From Balanoglossus misakiensis (Eukaryota; Animalia; Hemichordata), in assembly GCA_040954595.2 (NCBI GenBank), contig CM082580.2, forward strand, positions 8,782,390-8,846,389: a DNA stretch of 64,000 nucleotides, written 5' to 3'. This document shows, piece after piece, positions 1 to 11,000 of this stretch (the first letter of the stretch is position 1; each line of letters opens with the position of its first letter). The notes under the pieces are model-generated. The model was not told the origin of the DNA and made no database searches. It saw only the letters and a list, made by a program, of their open reading frames with translations. Made by a program: the position numbers and the translations under genes.

Positions 1-306
1 TATTTGGGCGAGATTTTCTGTGAACGGGTTCTGAGAGAGGTCTCACAGGAGGAGGGCTTTTGATGAGGTAAGCATTTTTTGGCATTAGCCATGTTTTCCC
101 CTTACTTTCAACACAACTTGGCTGTTTGATTTTGTTTCTTCAAATCTAGCCATACCTATCACTCTTTATATGATAATCTACCGATTCTTTCCCTAACCAA
201 GTCCAAGAAAGACTTAACTTATGCGCATCGGCAGTTTCTGACTTAAGATTCCGGTGGAGGATACCCAATTGCATTTCTGCTTCTAAATTCTGTATCGTTA
301 TTAATG

Positions 307-1358
307 CTAATCCACGTGGTCTTCCTCTGCGTCATCAGTAATCAATATCTCCGAGTACCGAATCTCTTCCCTGTTGTACTTGTTTTCTGTCACTTTTTGG
401 TAGAGTGCCCTCACCGACACCACAAGGCCTATGACAATGATGATGCTGGCTAGTACTATTCCGGCGATGGCTCGCGTCGACAGCTGCGAAATCATGTTTG
501 TCTGTCAAAGAGAGAGAGTGACCAAAACATCGATTCAGAGGTGTGAAAACAAATCATACGTCTGACAACCTTCAATGGCCAACCATTTGGCACCTCTTGA
601 TATCTGTCCCTGTCTAATCCTTCATAGTAAACACCCCACACTCCATTCAAAAAACACCAGTAACCCGAATCAATATCAGATGAAGTGAGTAAAAGGAGAC
701 CTCATTGAATTGTGATATCTGATCAAATATGAATAGTATATACTGTTCATATACAACCCTTGTATTGCTTATAAACAGAATGAAATTGGGTCAATTTTAT
801 CGATTGTGCAACAAATCTGTACTGTCATCTGCAGGCATAAGGAAATTGTTGCTTAGCAACAGATCATCTGCATGATCATTATTGGATTTCAGCAATGTAC
901 ACATTTAAAAGCAAACACAGGGGCTTCAGGGTTTATTTCTAAGATAAATATCAAGCCATGCCTCTGGGTTATTTCTTAAATAAACACAACTTAGGTTTGT
1001 TTTACCAGTTTTGCACACAAGGACACCTCAGAATTATGTGACCTTCACGAGAACTTGAAACATACAGTATGAATCAGATCAGATTAATTATGCAGCTCCA
1101 GAACAGTAGCTCTAATATTGTGTGTGGGCGGTGGTATTGTCTGCTTCCAAGAAAATGAGAGCAAAATCATAGCGCAAAATTTATATACACGTACATACAC
1201 CACGTAAATCGGAAATGACATGCACAAACTTGTTCATAAAAACAGATGTGTCCACGTAACATTACCTCTGATGATGGTGGAACGGCATTCGCTTCTGGGA
1301 GTTTTGCGGTGTCGTTGGCCGCTAGTTTAACCAGTAAATGTTTCACTGCCTCTGCCAT
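307..1358 (-). CDS. Putative ~95-aa single-pass membrane microprotein; 2 coding exons, 1266-1358 and 307-501
   Basis: ATG at 1358 in GAAATGG context; exon 1 MAEAVKHLLVKLAANDTAKLPEANAVPPSSE ends at GAG|GTAATG (phase 0); acceptor ctctctctttgacag| at 501 continues in frame with TNMISQLSTR-AIAGIVLASIIIVIGLVVSV (hydrophobic helix)-RALYQKVTENKYNREEIRYSEILITDDAEEDHVD*. No family recognised. Confidence 0.6.
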
Positions 1359-1666
1359 TTCGGTTCCTAACACCCGAACGGTAGCTGCTATTACACACAC
1401 ATAAAGTCCTAGAAAATTTTGATGGAAGATGTTGGCGTTTTTCACCCGAAGTCAGAGGAGTCCCACAGAAAATAAGAACTCGGCCAGTGACGACTATCCC
1501 ATTAAACTAGCAAGACTTCAATCCAACATTGCACAAAAGTTCGACACTCATTGGAAAAATACTTATAGGATTAAACAGAAGCTCTCTGTCTGTCACAGGA
1601 CGATAACATTCCTCCAGAATCCACACCACACTTGCGACAGCGAAAGCGTCATTTCTTGCTCGTCTT

Positions 1667-1736
1667 GGCAGCCATCTTTGCTGCGTATACCAGACGATGC
1701 GGGCGCACTTCTAAGAAATTTGGTGACCTTTGACCC
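1667..1736 (-). promoter_or_regulatory. Probable promoter/TSS region of the small membrane protein gene
   Basis: CpG-containing patch with YY1-like AAAGATGGCTGCC (minus, 1667-1679) and DR1-type nuclear receptor repeat TGACCTTTGACCC (1724-1736), ~300 nt upstream of the ATG. Confidence 0.35.
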
Positions 1737-4700
1737 GTAAGGTCGGCATGTTGGAAGTACATGTAATATCAATGGTAGAAATTGAAATTTTCTATTTTAA
1801 GATGAACTTCTGGAAATATCAAGATTTTTATTTATGTACAGGGATCACGAATTGCCTTAATAAACACCTGAAACTGACTACCAATGTGTAAAAAGCTGGA
1901 GACAGTCATAAACGACACACACTATCACACACTTGTACAGTATACATGTACACGTTTATGTTTTAATAAAAATGTTTGCTTGGAAATTTGAGTGGATACA
2001 TTACAACACCATACAGCTTAATGATTTTCAACTTATCTACATCATATTTCTGTTTAGACACTGGGGGCGCTCTAACACCATGAGCAGTTACCATGCCTAC
2101 AAGGGGTGACAGGAGACCTCCCTTTTCAGTTAGCATATAAAACTGGTGATAATTTTGACCATATCAGTTAAGAATAATTAGAAATTTGTAGTTGATACAT
2201 GAACCAGATTTGCAAATAAAAGTTGACTATTGTATTTTCAAAAGTGTTTAGATTTTAAAAGAATATAGTTGTCATGTTTGAAGTTCAACTTACAACACAA
2301 AACATCAGAAATATATGAAATCTGCGAAAAAAACACTGTACACACATAAAAGCAGTTGGCAAATCACTACAGAAACAATGGAACCGACCACAACATGTAC
2401 CTGTAATCGATAATTTGGTTGATTGAAAATCAGTGAATAAATGATATAAATTAATAGGAGCATGATATGTATATTTTCATTATTAGGGGCAACTGTGTTG
2501 TGACTCGGTCAGTCTTGGTTAGCAGGGTTTCTTGAACTGAAGAGCTTGCTAGATAAGGAAAAAATAATTAAGACATTTTTTACTGAACTGGGTTAAACAT
2601 TCAATGCAACTGTTTACTTAATAAAATTTCAATGGTTGATACCATGACAGCAAACAACAAAGAAATTCCAGTGTATGCAAAAGTCGCACGACAGGGACAC
2701 AATACATTTTAGATGCCTTATAAAGTCATTCCCACTTCATCACCACAAATTGTCAGACCCTGTAATTAGTTTTGATAAGTTTATTAGGAATGTAAATGTG
2801 ATTACTGGGAAAAGACGAGATTTTGGTGGCGGGGACGACAACACCTTATTAATTGTTCGATCAAATTAAAAAATTAGTAAAACACTGTAACGTTAAAATC
2901 TGGCAGGATTTATAATTAGATTCGGGGCACCACAAAAATTTAAATGAAAACATCTGAAATAATTATTGTAAGTATGACAGTTCCATGTTTGTCATTTGCA
3001 CACTGAAGCAGCTAGTAATGTCTGAATTCTCACGAAAAATTACTCAAAAACCAGGTTCCTGAAATATAGTATAGTGTTCTATTGCAATCTTTTTTACTTG
3101 TAGTTCGCAGAGCACAGCAATTCTTGTGCCACTTTCCACACAATGACAACTGTGGAATCAGGATGACTGTGTGATTTGTGACTCCACTCTATCCCATGAG
3201 GCTCGGCGTCAGTCGTGTCCTGTCTGAGCGTGAGCAGAACTGCTGCAGGTCACCTGACTGATTATGCAACCGCTGGAATCAAAATTCCCATTTCACTAAA
3301 AAAATTGCAAACTATAATGTGATTCAGACTAACGCTACACATATACAAGCTAAATACAGACTTGGCCAGTCACCTAAACCGTTGAAGCCACTAAAAATCT
3401 TTAAAAAATACACAAAGTTTTTTAAATAGTTGCTTAATTTTGTTTAAAAAAAATCTCTGATCACAACATGATTACAACTTGGAAATGCATGGTTGTTATA
3501 GTTACGATTTAAAATAACAGAAATACATTAAAATTACCACCACCTAAGATTTGGATAGTATGATTGCAGGAAAACATTGGATGGCAGTGCAAAAAGACAG
3601 AGAAAATATCACATAGTTTAAAATAATTTGAGTAAATTGTAAGATTTGGAGATCAGAAAGACAGATAAATACAAAATGGTCAAACGGCAAATTTATATTG
3701 GGTTTCATCCGACACATTTCAAAAATCTTTTCCTTAAAACTGAATTTTCACCATGATTTCAACAAAAATACACATCACAATATTTTTACATCTCTACAAT
3801 AGTGCATAGCTGTTAAACTCCACGACCTTTGACCCCACTCTCTTGCTGGTTGACCAGCTATCTCAAGTTCATATGCTATGAAGTATCCATGACTCAAACT
3901 TCTTAGATTGTTCTCATAATACTGTCAAGATTTCCAAATGTTGAACGTCACTATGTGAAGGTGACTTATTGTTTTGCTTTTTGACAACAAATAATTTGGA
4001 ATGAAATACTGTTTTGAGCTAAGCAGGAGAAGAACAGGTTCTGGTGTAAAATTTATGAATTTTTTGAATTATCAATGATTACAATTTGAAGACTTATGTC
4101 AAATGCATTGTATGCGACAATATCCCGTTGCAAGTAGTTTCTGTTTGTATGCAACTTGTTTAATAACACTATGTCTCCTACCAATTTTTTTTCAACATCT
4201 TGGAGACTCGAAACACTTGGTTATCTAACATCCTGGATATTTTGTATAAATTCAGAGTCCAGATAAAATGATTATATGTAGGCTTTACTATGGACCATGG
4301 TTGAATTCTGTAAATTTCATCTGTCAAGTATCAGGTTTTCAATGAATTATTTCACAAATATGTCGTGCCATTTTTTTTATTGACAGGACGAGTGACAAAG
4401 GTTAGGTAACATATACTTCATCACCATGCACATGTTGTTTGGGAGTTTTGACATGACACATCACCTGTGTAACAGCTGGCATGAAAAAACACCACAAACC
4501 GATGTACACTGTACGATGGCATATAAGTTGTGGTCCCCTTGTAGTGATTGATAAAAGCAGAATTTGTCTTTAAAATTGTGAAAAAATTTACATCAACCAA
4601 TACCAGCATTAAAAATATGTCTGATTTACTAAAATCCGTTTTCTGTCTCGACACCAATGTTAAAATTAGTTTCCTGGTTTAATAGTGAGGTTTAAATCCG

Positions 4701-5088
4701 TTTTCTCTTTCAACTTGCTGATGACTGGGTGAAGACGTTTTCTCACGATGCTTGTCTTTCACGATTTGTGCTTTTTCAATTTCCGGCACTCAATTTAGTG
4801 GCTGTGACAGTACCTATTTAAAGGTATGAACGCGGGGAATAATAATCATTATCATCATCGTCATCAAAATTGTTTCTTGAGACCAATGTCACAATTTCTG
4901 CCTTCCCCGTTCTCACCACAGAACCGTGTGGATCACTGGTGTCATACATTTGAAATTGTGGTGGATGTACGTCGTCACGTTGATCGTCTCTTGTTCAATG
5001 TTGGGGGAACAGGCCATGTGACAAAGTCTCTCCACGTGTAAATACTTTAAATCTCTTTGATCTTGTATTCCCTCCCTCCCTTCCCGCA

Positions 5089-8000
5089 TCACAGCTCTGT
5101 TGTCATCAGTCTCTTGGTTTCTTTCGTCTCCTCCTCGTCCGGGATCGCGGCCACATGCCACGGGGAGAGAACCATGCTTCCGGAAGATATGGGTCTGCTG
5201 TTTGTGTGTCCTGGAAGGCTGGCGGATTTGTCGTTGCTTTTTGGTTTGGATTCCAGGCTCTGCAAGCGAGCAAAAAATACATTCTGTTACCAGTGTATCG
5301 CCACCAATACTATCTATCATCATGATCAGCACCGAAGGGTCAACGTCAAAGATCACAGAAAACTTTGTCCATATCTGTGATATCAAAGCGACGCTGAGTC
5401 TAGCCATGCTTGTTAGAATGCTCCGTTCTACCATGCAACCTGGGAAGTGAAGCACTTGTGAAGAATAAAATTTTAGTACTGGTTCTTGAAGAAGTCAAAT
5501 TTCATAATGCTACCATGGTATAACTAAATACTAGTAGAGAGACACCATAAAATCATCCCTTGGGAGGGTTTCTTTGGATTTGGAAAACTACTCAAATGTT
5601 CCTTGAAGAAGTCACTTTATTTCTGCCGCTGTTCAGAGAAGAACGTTCCACACAGACTGTGTAAAGAAAGCCACATTAAACACATGGTCTGTGCAAACAT
5701 GCATTTACAGTGAGGTAGTAGGGACGGGTGAGGAATTTTGCTAGAGTTAATAATCACTGCTGTACGGTCTATGAGTTAATACATTCATTTGAAGTAAAAC
5801 TAATTTGTCTATATTGGTAATGAGCTATGATTTGCTTCAAAATTTGACATTTAGAGATGCTGGCAAACATAACACTTATCAGTGTATGGGATGAAGCATG
5901 CTAATTATGGATTTTGTGAATTTCCCACCAACATACTTGAAGTTTGCCCGGCGAAGTTGGGCTTTTTACCAGACTATCCGAGTCATTGGACATCTGAAAC
6001 AAGTGAGTTGTCAGAGATAAGAATATTAATTAAGCGACAATTAGACGTGAAGGTCACCTTCACTCTCAGCATTATCACTGAACTGCAGCACACAAAATTA
6101 TGTACATGTGCAGGTATAACTACTACTGCAGCAGGCAAAATCCTTGGCATGCGGTAAACACCTGTGTGTTGTGTACAGAATGTTTGTAAAGTATGTGGCA
6201 AAGCCATTGGCTGTTACTGTAAGTGATCTGCACCCTTTTGCCATAAAGCGTTGGCCTGGTCCTGCTGTCTTCAATGTGAAACACTCCCCTTGGGAAGGTA
6301 ACAAATGGTTAGAAGCTTATCATGAGCCAATGCTTGAGACTTAATGTATATCTAGGCTGCAATAAAAATATTGCATGTACTCTAGTGGTGCACTGTAATA
6401 TTAATGGTGCAAACGTAACACTACTTGTGTATGTAACCAACTGCTGGTTGGTTTTACTAACACAACACTTGTGACATGCATCCTGGAAATGTCAGGGTTT
6501 TTCCAGCAGTACAGAAAAAGGATCTTTTTTGCCTTTTAGTCATTCAAAATGCAGGTTAGTTCCTAGAAGAGAATCAACGATCCATCATTAGTAAAACCTA
6601 GTAAATGTTGTATCAGCCATGCACAGTGTCATACCAACGCAACGCTGTCTTGTGAGGTCTGGTCTGTGGACTTGCGTCGACGCAGGAATTTTAACGAGTT
6701 CTGGGAGGAAATGGTGGATTGAAATGAGAATGGACATGAGATCAGCATTGGTAGTGTGCATGGGTGGATGTATTCCTCAAGCAAGCTATTATAGTCAGGT
6801 TTACATCAGGTGTAGGTTTTAAGTTGCTACAAAATAACCAATGTGAACACGCGGTGTCAGACCAGGACTATGTCTTACGTACATGTTTGCCCAGTGATGG
6901 ACTTGGGGTTTTGGCAGGACTGCTTGGTACACTGAACATCTGAAATACATGACAGAACGAGAGAAAATGAAACAACGCAAGAGACAGGAGGGAGGGAAGG
7001 TACAGAAAGGGAGGACAAGGAGGGGAGGAGGGACAATTCAAAATTGAGATAAGTCAGTGCTATCCTAATGACCAAGCAGAAGTTCGTACCGATAAGAAAC
7101 CATCTTGAGACGAATGGTCTGTGGATTTCTGTCGACGGTGAGCTTTTACCGCATTCTGTTCAGAAAAAAGACCGGCAGACAGACATTAACCTTTTCCTGA
7201 ATAAGTTGTAAAGCTACGTTCTATTGTGCTGTCATGCTGTCTCTACTCCAAAACTCCCTAAACCATCACCGATTATTAAACTTCATTGAATCATTGGGCA
7301 CTCTGACATATGCACTTCTTGCAAGATTTTCAAAGGTTTTTTTAAACTTGATAAAACTCTAGGTGATCACAGGTGACTGCGAGAATTAATTGAATCAGTC
7401 ATGTCGTATCTCAGATAGCTAGCATGAAAAGTGGTGAGGATTAACATGCTGCATGTACACAATGTAGGGGCATGATTTGTGAAGTCTTTGGTCACATACT
7501 TGCTTGGTGGCCGGTGTTGAAATCGATCTTTTCACGGGGTTCTTTGGAACCACAGCGACCTGAAAGCAAAGTTCCGTTAAAACAAAAATACAAAGTTCAG
7601 GCTAAAATCAAACTTCAACTCTCTTCTGCCATATGTGAGAGACTGGCTTTAGACAGGGTGTCTGTGTGTGTAGACTGAGTATGAGTGTAGACTTCATGGA
7701 TTGACTGAATCTGCATAGAATATGTATGAACTACAAATGTATTAAAGTGAAGTGAAGACAGGCATTCGTAATCAATAGCTTTTTCAAATTTTCGCTCAGT
7801 AGCATTTGCAGTGTCAGGAAGATTTCATGCGGAACACAGTCTGAATATATCAGACACATACTTGTTTGACTGGGGTCATGGCCGGACTTTTGGTTGGACT
7901 AGTCGTCACAGGACTTGTGACCGGCCTTGTAACTTGACCTGCGACCAGACTTTCCACTGGACTTGGGACCGGCGTTGTGACAGGCATAGTGACCAGACTT

Positions 8001-11000
8001 TTCTTTGGACTTGTGACTGGCATTTTTGCTGGAGTTGCGACCGGTCTTGTTGCTGGACTTGTGACCAGACTTTCCACTGGACTTGTGACTGGCCTTGTGA
8101 CAGGACTTTTATGTGGACTTGTTACTGGCATTTTTGCTGGAGTTGTGACCAGACTCTCCACTGGACTTGTGACTGGCCTTGTGACAGGACTTTTATGTGG
8201 ACTTGTTACTGGCATTTTTGCTGGAGTTGTGACCAGACTCTCCACTGGACTAGTGACCAGACTTTTCTTTGGACTTGTGACAGGCTTTTTTGGTGGAGTT
8301 GTGACCAGACTCTCCACTGGACTAGTGACCAGACTTTTCTTTGGACTTGTGACAGGCTTTTTTGGTGGAGTTGTGACCAGACTCTCCACTGGACTAGTGA
8401 CCAGACTTTTCTTCGGACTTGTGACAGGCTTTTTTGGTGGAGTTGTGACCGGTCTTGTTGCTGGACTTGTGACCAGACTTTCCACTGGACTTGTGACTGG
8501 CCTTGTCACTGGACTTGTGATAGGACTTGTGACATGACTTGTGTCAGGAGGACTAGTGGCCAGACTTTTCGCTTGACTTGCCACAGGAATTTTTGTGACA
8601 GGCTTTATGACAGGGATTGTCCTTGGCCTTACGACAGGCCTTGTCACTGGACTTGTTGTCAGCTTTCTCATCGGAGTTTTGAATAGAATCTTTGCAGGTT
8701 TCTCTGTAACCTTGGCCACCTGAAACCAAAAATTGGTTATGGACAGACAACCATCAGACTCACATCATCTGCATTCATGAAAACACAATAATTCTGGTAA
8801 ACTATGACTTTCCCAGTGTAGTTATCATCATAATACTGGGATCAAAAACACAGAATTCAACTGTTAGAAAAAAATGTCAATTTTAAGGTTAGTTTCTTGG
8901 ATGAGAAATAACACATTGGAGTTAGTACTTTTAGAGAATAGAATTTGTTATCTTCATGCATAGATTCGTACCGACTCTATGCCGTCTTGCGGGGTCTGTT
9001 CAGTTGACGTCCGCCGCTGCCAAATGGATGTTGAGTTCTGGGAAGAGAGGATCAAAGTCGGAACAAAGTCTCGCTGTAAAGATGCAGCATGGATGACTGA
9101 GATGTATTTGCACTCAAGTTACTTCTACATGCAATCAAGTGCACACTTGTTCTGGGCGTGATTATTGACTTCCATTTCTGGTGGTGTTACTGCCACTGCT
9201 TCTTAGCAACTTGAACTCCATTCTGTTCTCATCTTTGACAGATTGGGGAGAGAGTGGTAAACACTTGAAGGGGGGTTTGAATGCGTGGGATACAAGGGCA
9301 GATAAATCTTCATGCAAGGTTGCATTTGATTTGAATATCGATGTGACATACTTGTTGGGCCGATGGTAAAGTTGAACCTTTGACTGGACTCTCAGGAACG
9401 TTGAACATCTAAAATCAAAAGGTCAATGTAAGCAATGAAAAAGCATTCTGTAACTATATTTGGCTGATATGAACTGTACATGCATTATTTGTGTTTATAC
9501 ATGGCACAGCTACTAGTGCTCGTGGTTTATGTGGTCAATAAATAAACCTAAAAATTCTACAATCAATGGAAAAACTTTTGACTTCAAACATGTGACATGC
9601 ATTGAAAAGGACATTGATTATTTTAATAGTTCAACAGGAATGCTATCTTCTCTTGTTGCTCTGGTGAGAAATGTTGGGAGAAACTGTATGATTTCTGTTA
9701 GTATCTATGCCAACTGTGCGTTGGGGGTTAGCAGCTACTGAAATTGCTTCAGAGAGCAGCCATGCCATGCTTGTCCATACCGACACAAACGGATCCTGCC
9801 GGGAACGTTCCAGGGATCTCCTTCGGCGATGGAGTATGGACGTAGAATTCTATGCAGAACAAGGTTATAAAAATGCACAGAAATCACACATTTATTAGAA
9901 TCATACCCACACGCTGTGATGCTGTCACGAAGTGAGAACATTTGCCATCCCAGTACAAATGGATCCAAATCCAGCCCTGCCACTCATTGGAGTTAAGAGT
10001 GTGCGTTAGAGTTGTTTTGGAACTCATAGTGCTTGGCAGGGAACAACTCTGCACACAACATGACAAAGAGAACGAGATTTGCAACACAAGACAACTCTGA
10101 ACTTACTTGTAATTTGGATGTTGGTGAAGTCACAACAATTGGCGACACAGGCACAGACATCGCAGCTGCTGCTGTTGTCGTCGTGGTTGTAGCACCTACT
10201 GCCGTCGCAGTTGCCGTAGCCCCACGACTTCCCGCCGCGGTCGTCGTCGTGGTGACCTTCGCGGGCTCTGTGGTCTTGGCGACGCTGGAGACTGTACCGT
10301 TGACCCTCAGAACGGTTTTGGAGGTCGTGACGGTCACTGTTTTAGTGCTGGATGGGGCCGCTGCAGCGCCTATTTGTGTGGTCGCCGCTGTTGATGCTGC
10401 GGCTGCTGATGGCGGCGTCTTGAAAGTGGGACTGGAGGCTGATGCTCCCGTTCCCTTAGTAGCTCCACTGCGTCAGAAAACAAATGAAGTTTCATACAGA
10501 TTAATATCACTTCACAAACTGTGTCGCTCTCAAACATGACACTCAACTTGACCTTAAATGAGAACTTCACTTCTCGTATCACAGATGGCAATGAAAGGGG
10601 GGATGACGGTGTGACATGTCAAGTGTGTTAAAATTACATGCAAACTGATAGGAGTGTACTCTTTTCTATCATGAAGTTTTAGTTGTGATTTGGGAGAAAG
10701 CAGAGGAATCTCATCCCAGACGATATAACCCTTCAACTCCCCCCCCCCCCCACTCCTGCACATGGTTTTAACCAAGCCTCAGGTTGAACCACTATGACTG
10801 AATGCTGAATTTTGCGTGAAGTTTGAGTCTGACGGTATGAAATCCCCACTTACACGTTCTGCATGCTGCTATAATTTTTTATACTCGGGCCAACATCCAA
10901 CAGGTCTCTGCTCTGAGACGGCATAGAACTGGTGCGTCTGTGTGCATAACAGAAACATTGACATTCCTTCAAACTGACCAAAATGTGTGCCACCGAAGAC

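Noticed and set aside
1-73. Plus-strand frame YLGEIFCERVLREVSQEEGF** followed by GAG|GTAAGC
   Set aside because: Could be the end of a gene outside the window, but too short to support.
4913-5455. 180-aa minus-strand ORF over the EPB41L5 last exon
   Set aside because: Wrong frame; the phase-0 frame from acceptor 5259 ends in the family-typical TTEL*.
5546-5600. Possible decayed extra type-A cassette ([11 protein letters not shown]) before the last EPB41L5 exon
   Set aside because: Weak splice sites, in-frame stop upstream and no RRxxS motif.
7811-8686. 291-aa Trp/Cys/Asp-rich plus-strand ORF (WTCD repeats) and the overlapping 186-aa GLVT-repeat ORF (7977-8537)
   Set aside because: Antisense shadows of the coding minisatellite: the repeat unit lacks stops in these frames, both need non-ATG starts, and only the minus-strand frame has matching splice sites and phase.
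7862-8719. Regularly spaced repeats considered as a CRISPR-like array
   Set aside because: No unique spacers, eukaryotic context, and the repeat is in-frame coding sequence.
10033-10539. 168-aa Val/Ala-rich plus-strand ORF
   Set aside because: Antisense of the Thr/Ala-rich EPB41L5 exon 10107-10467.
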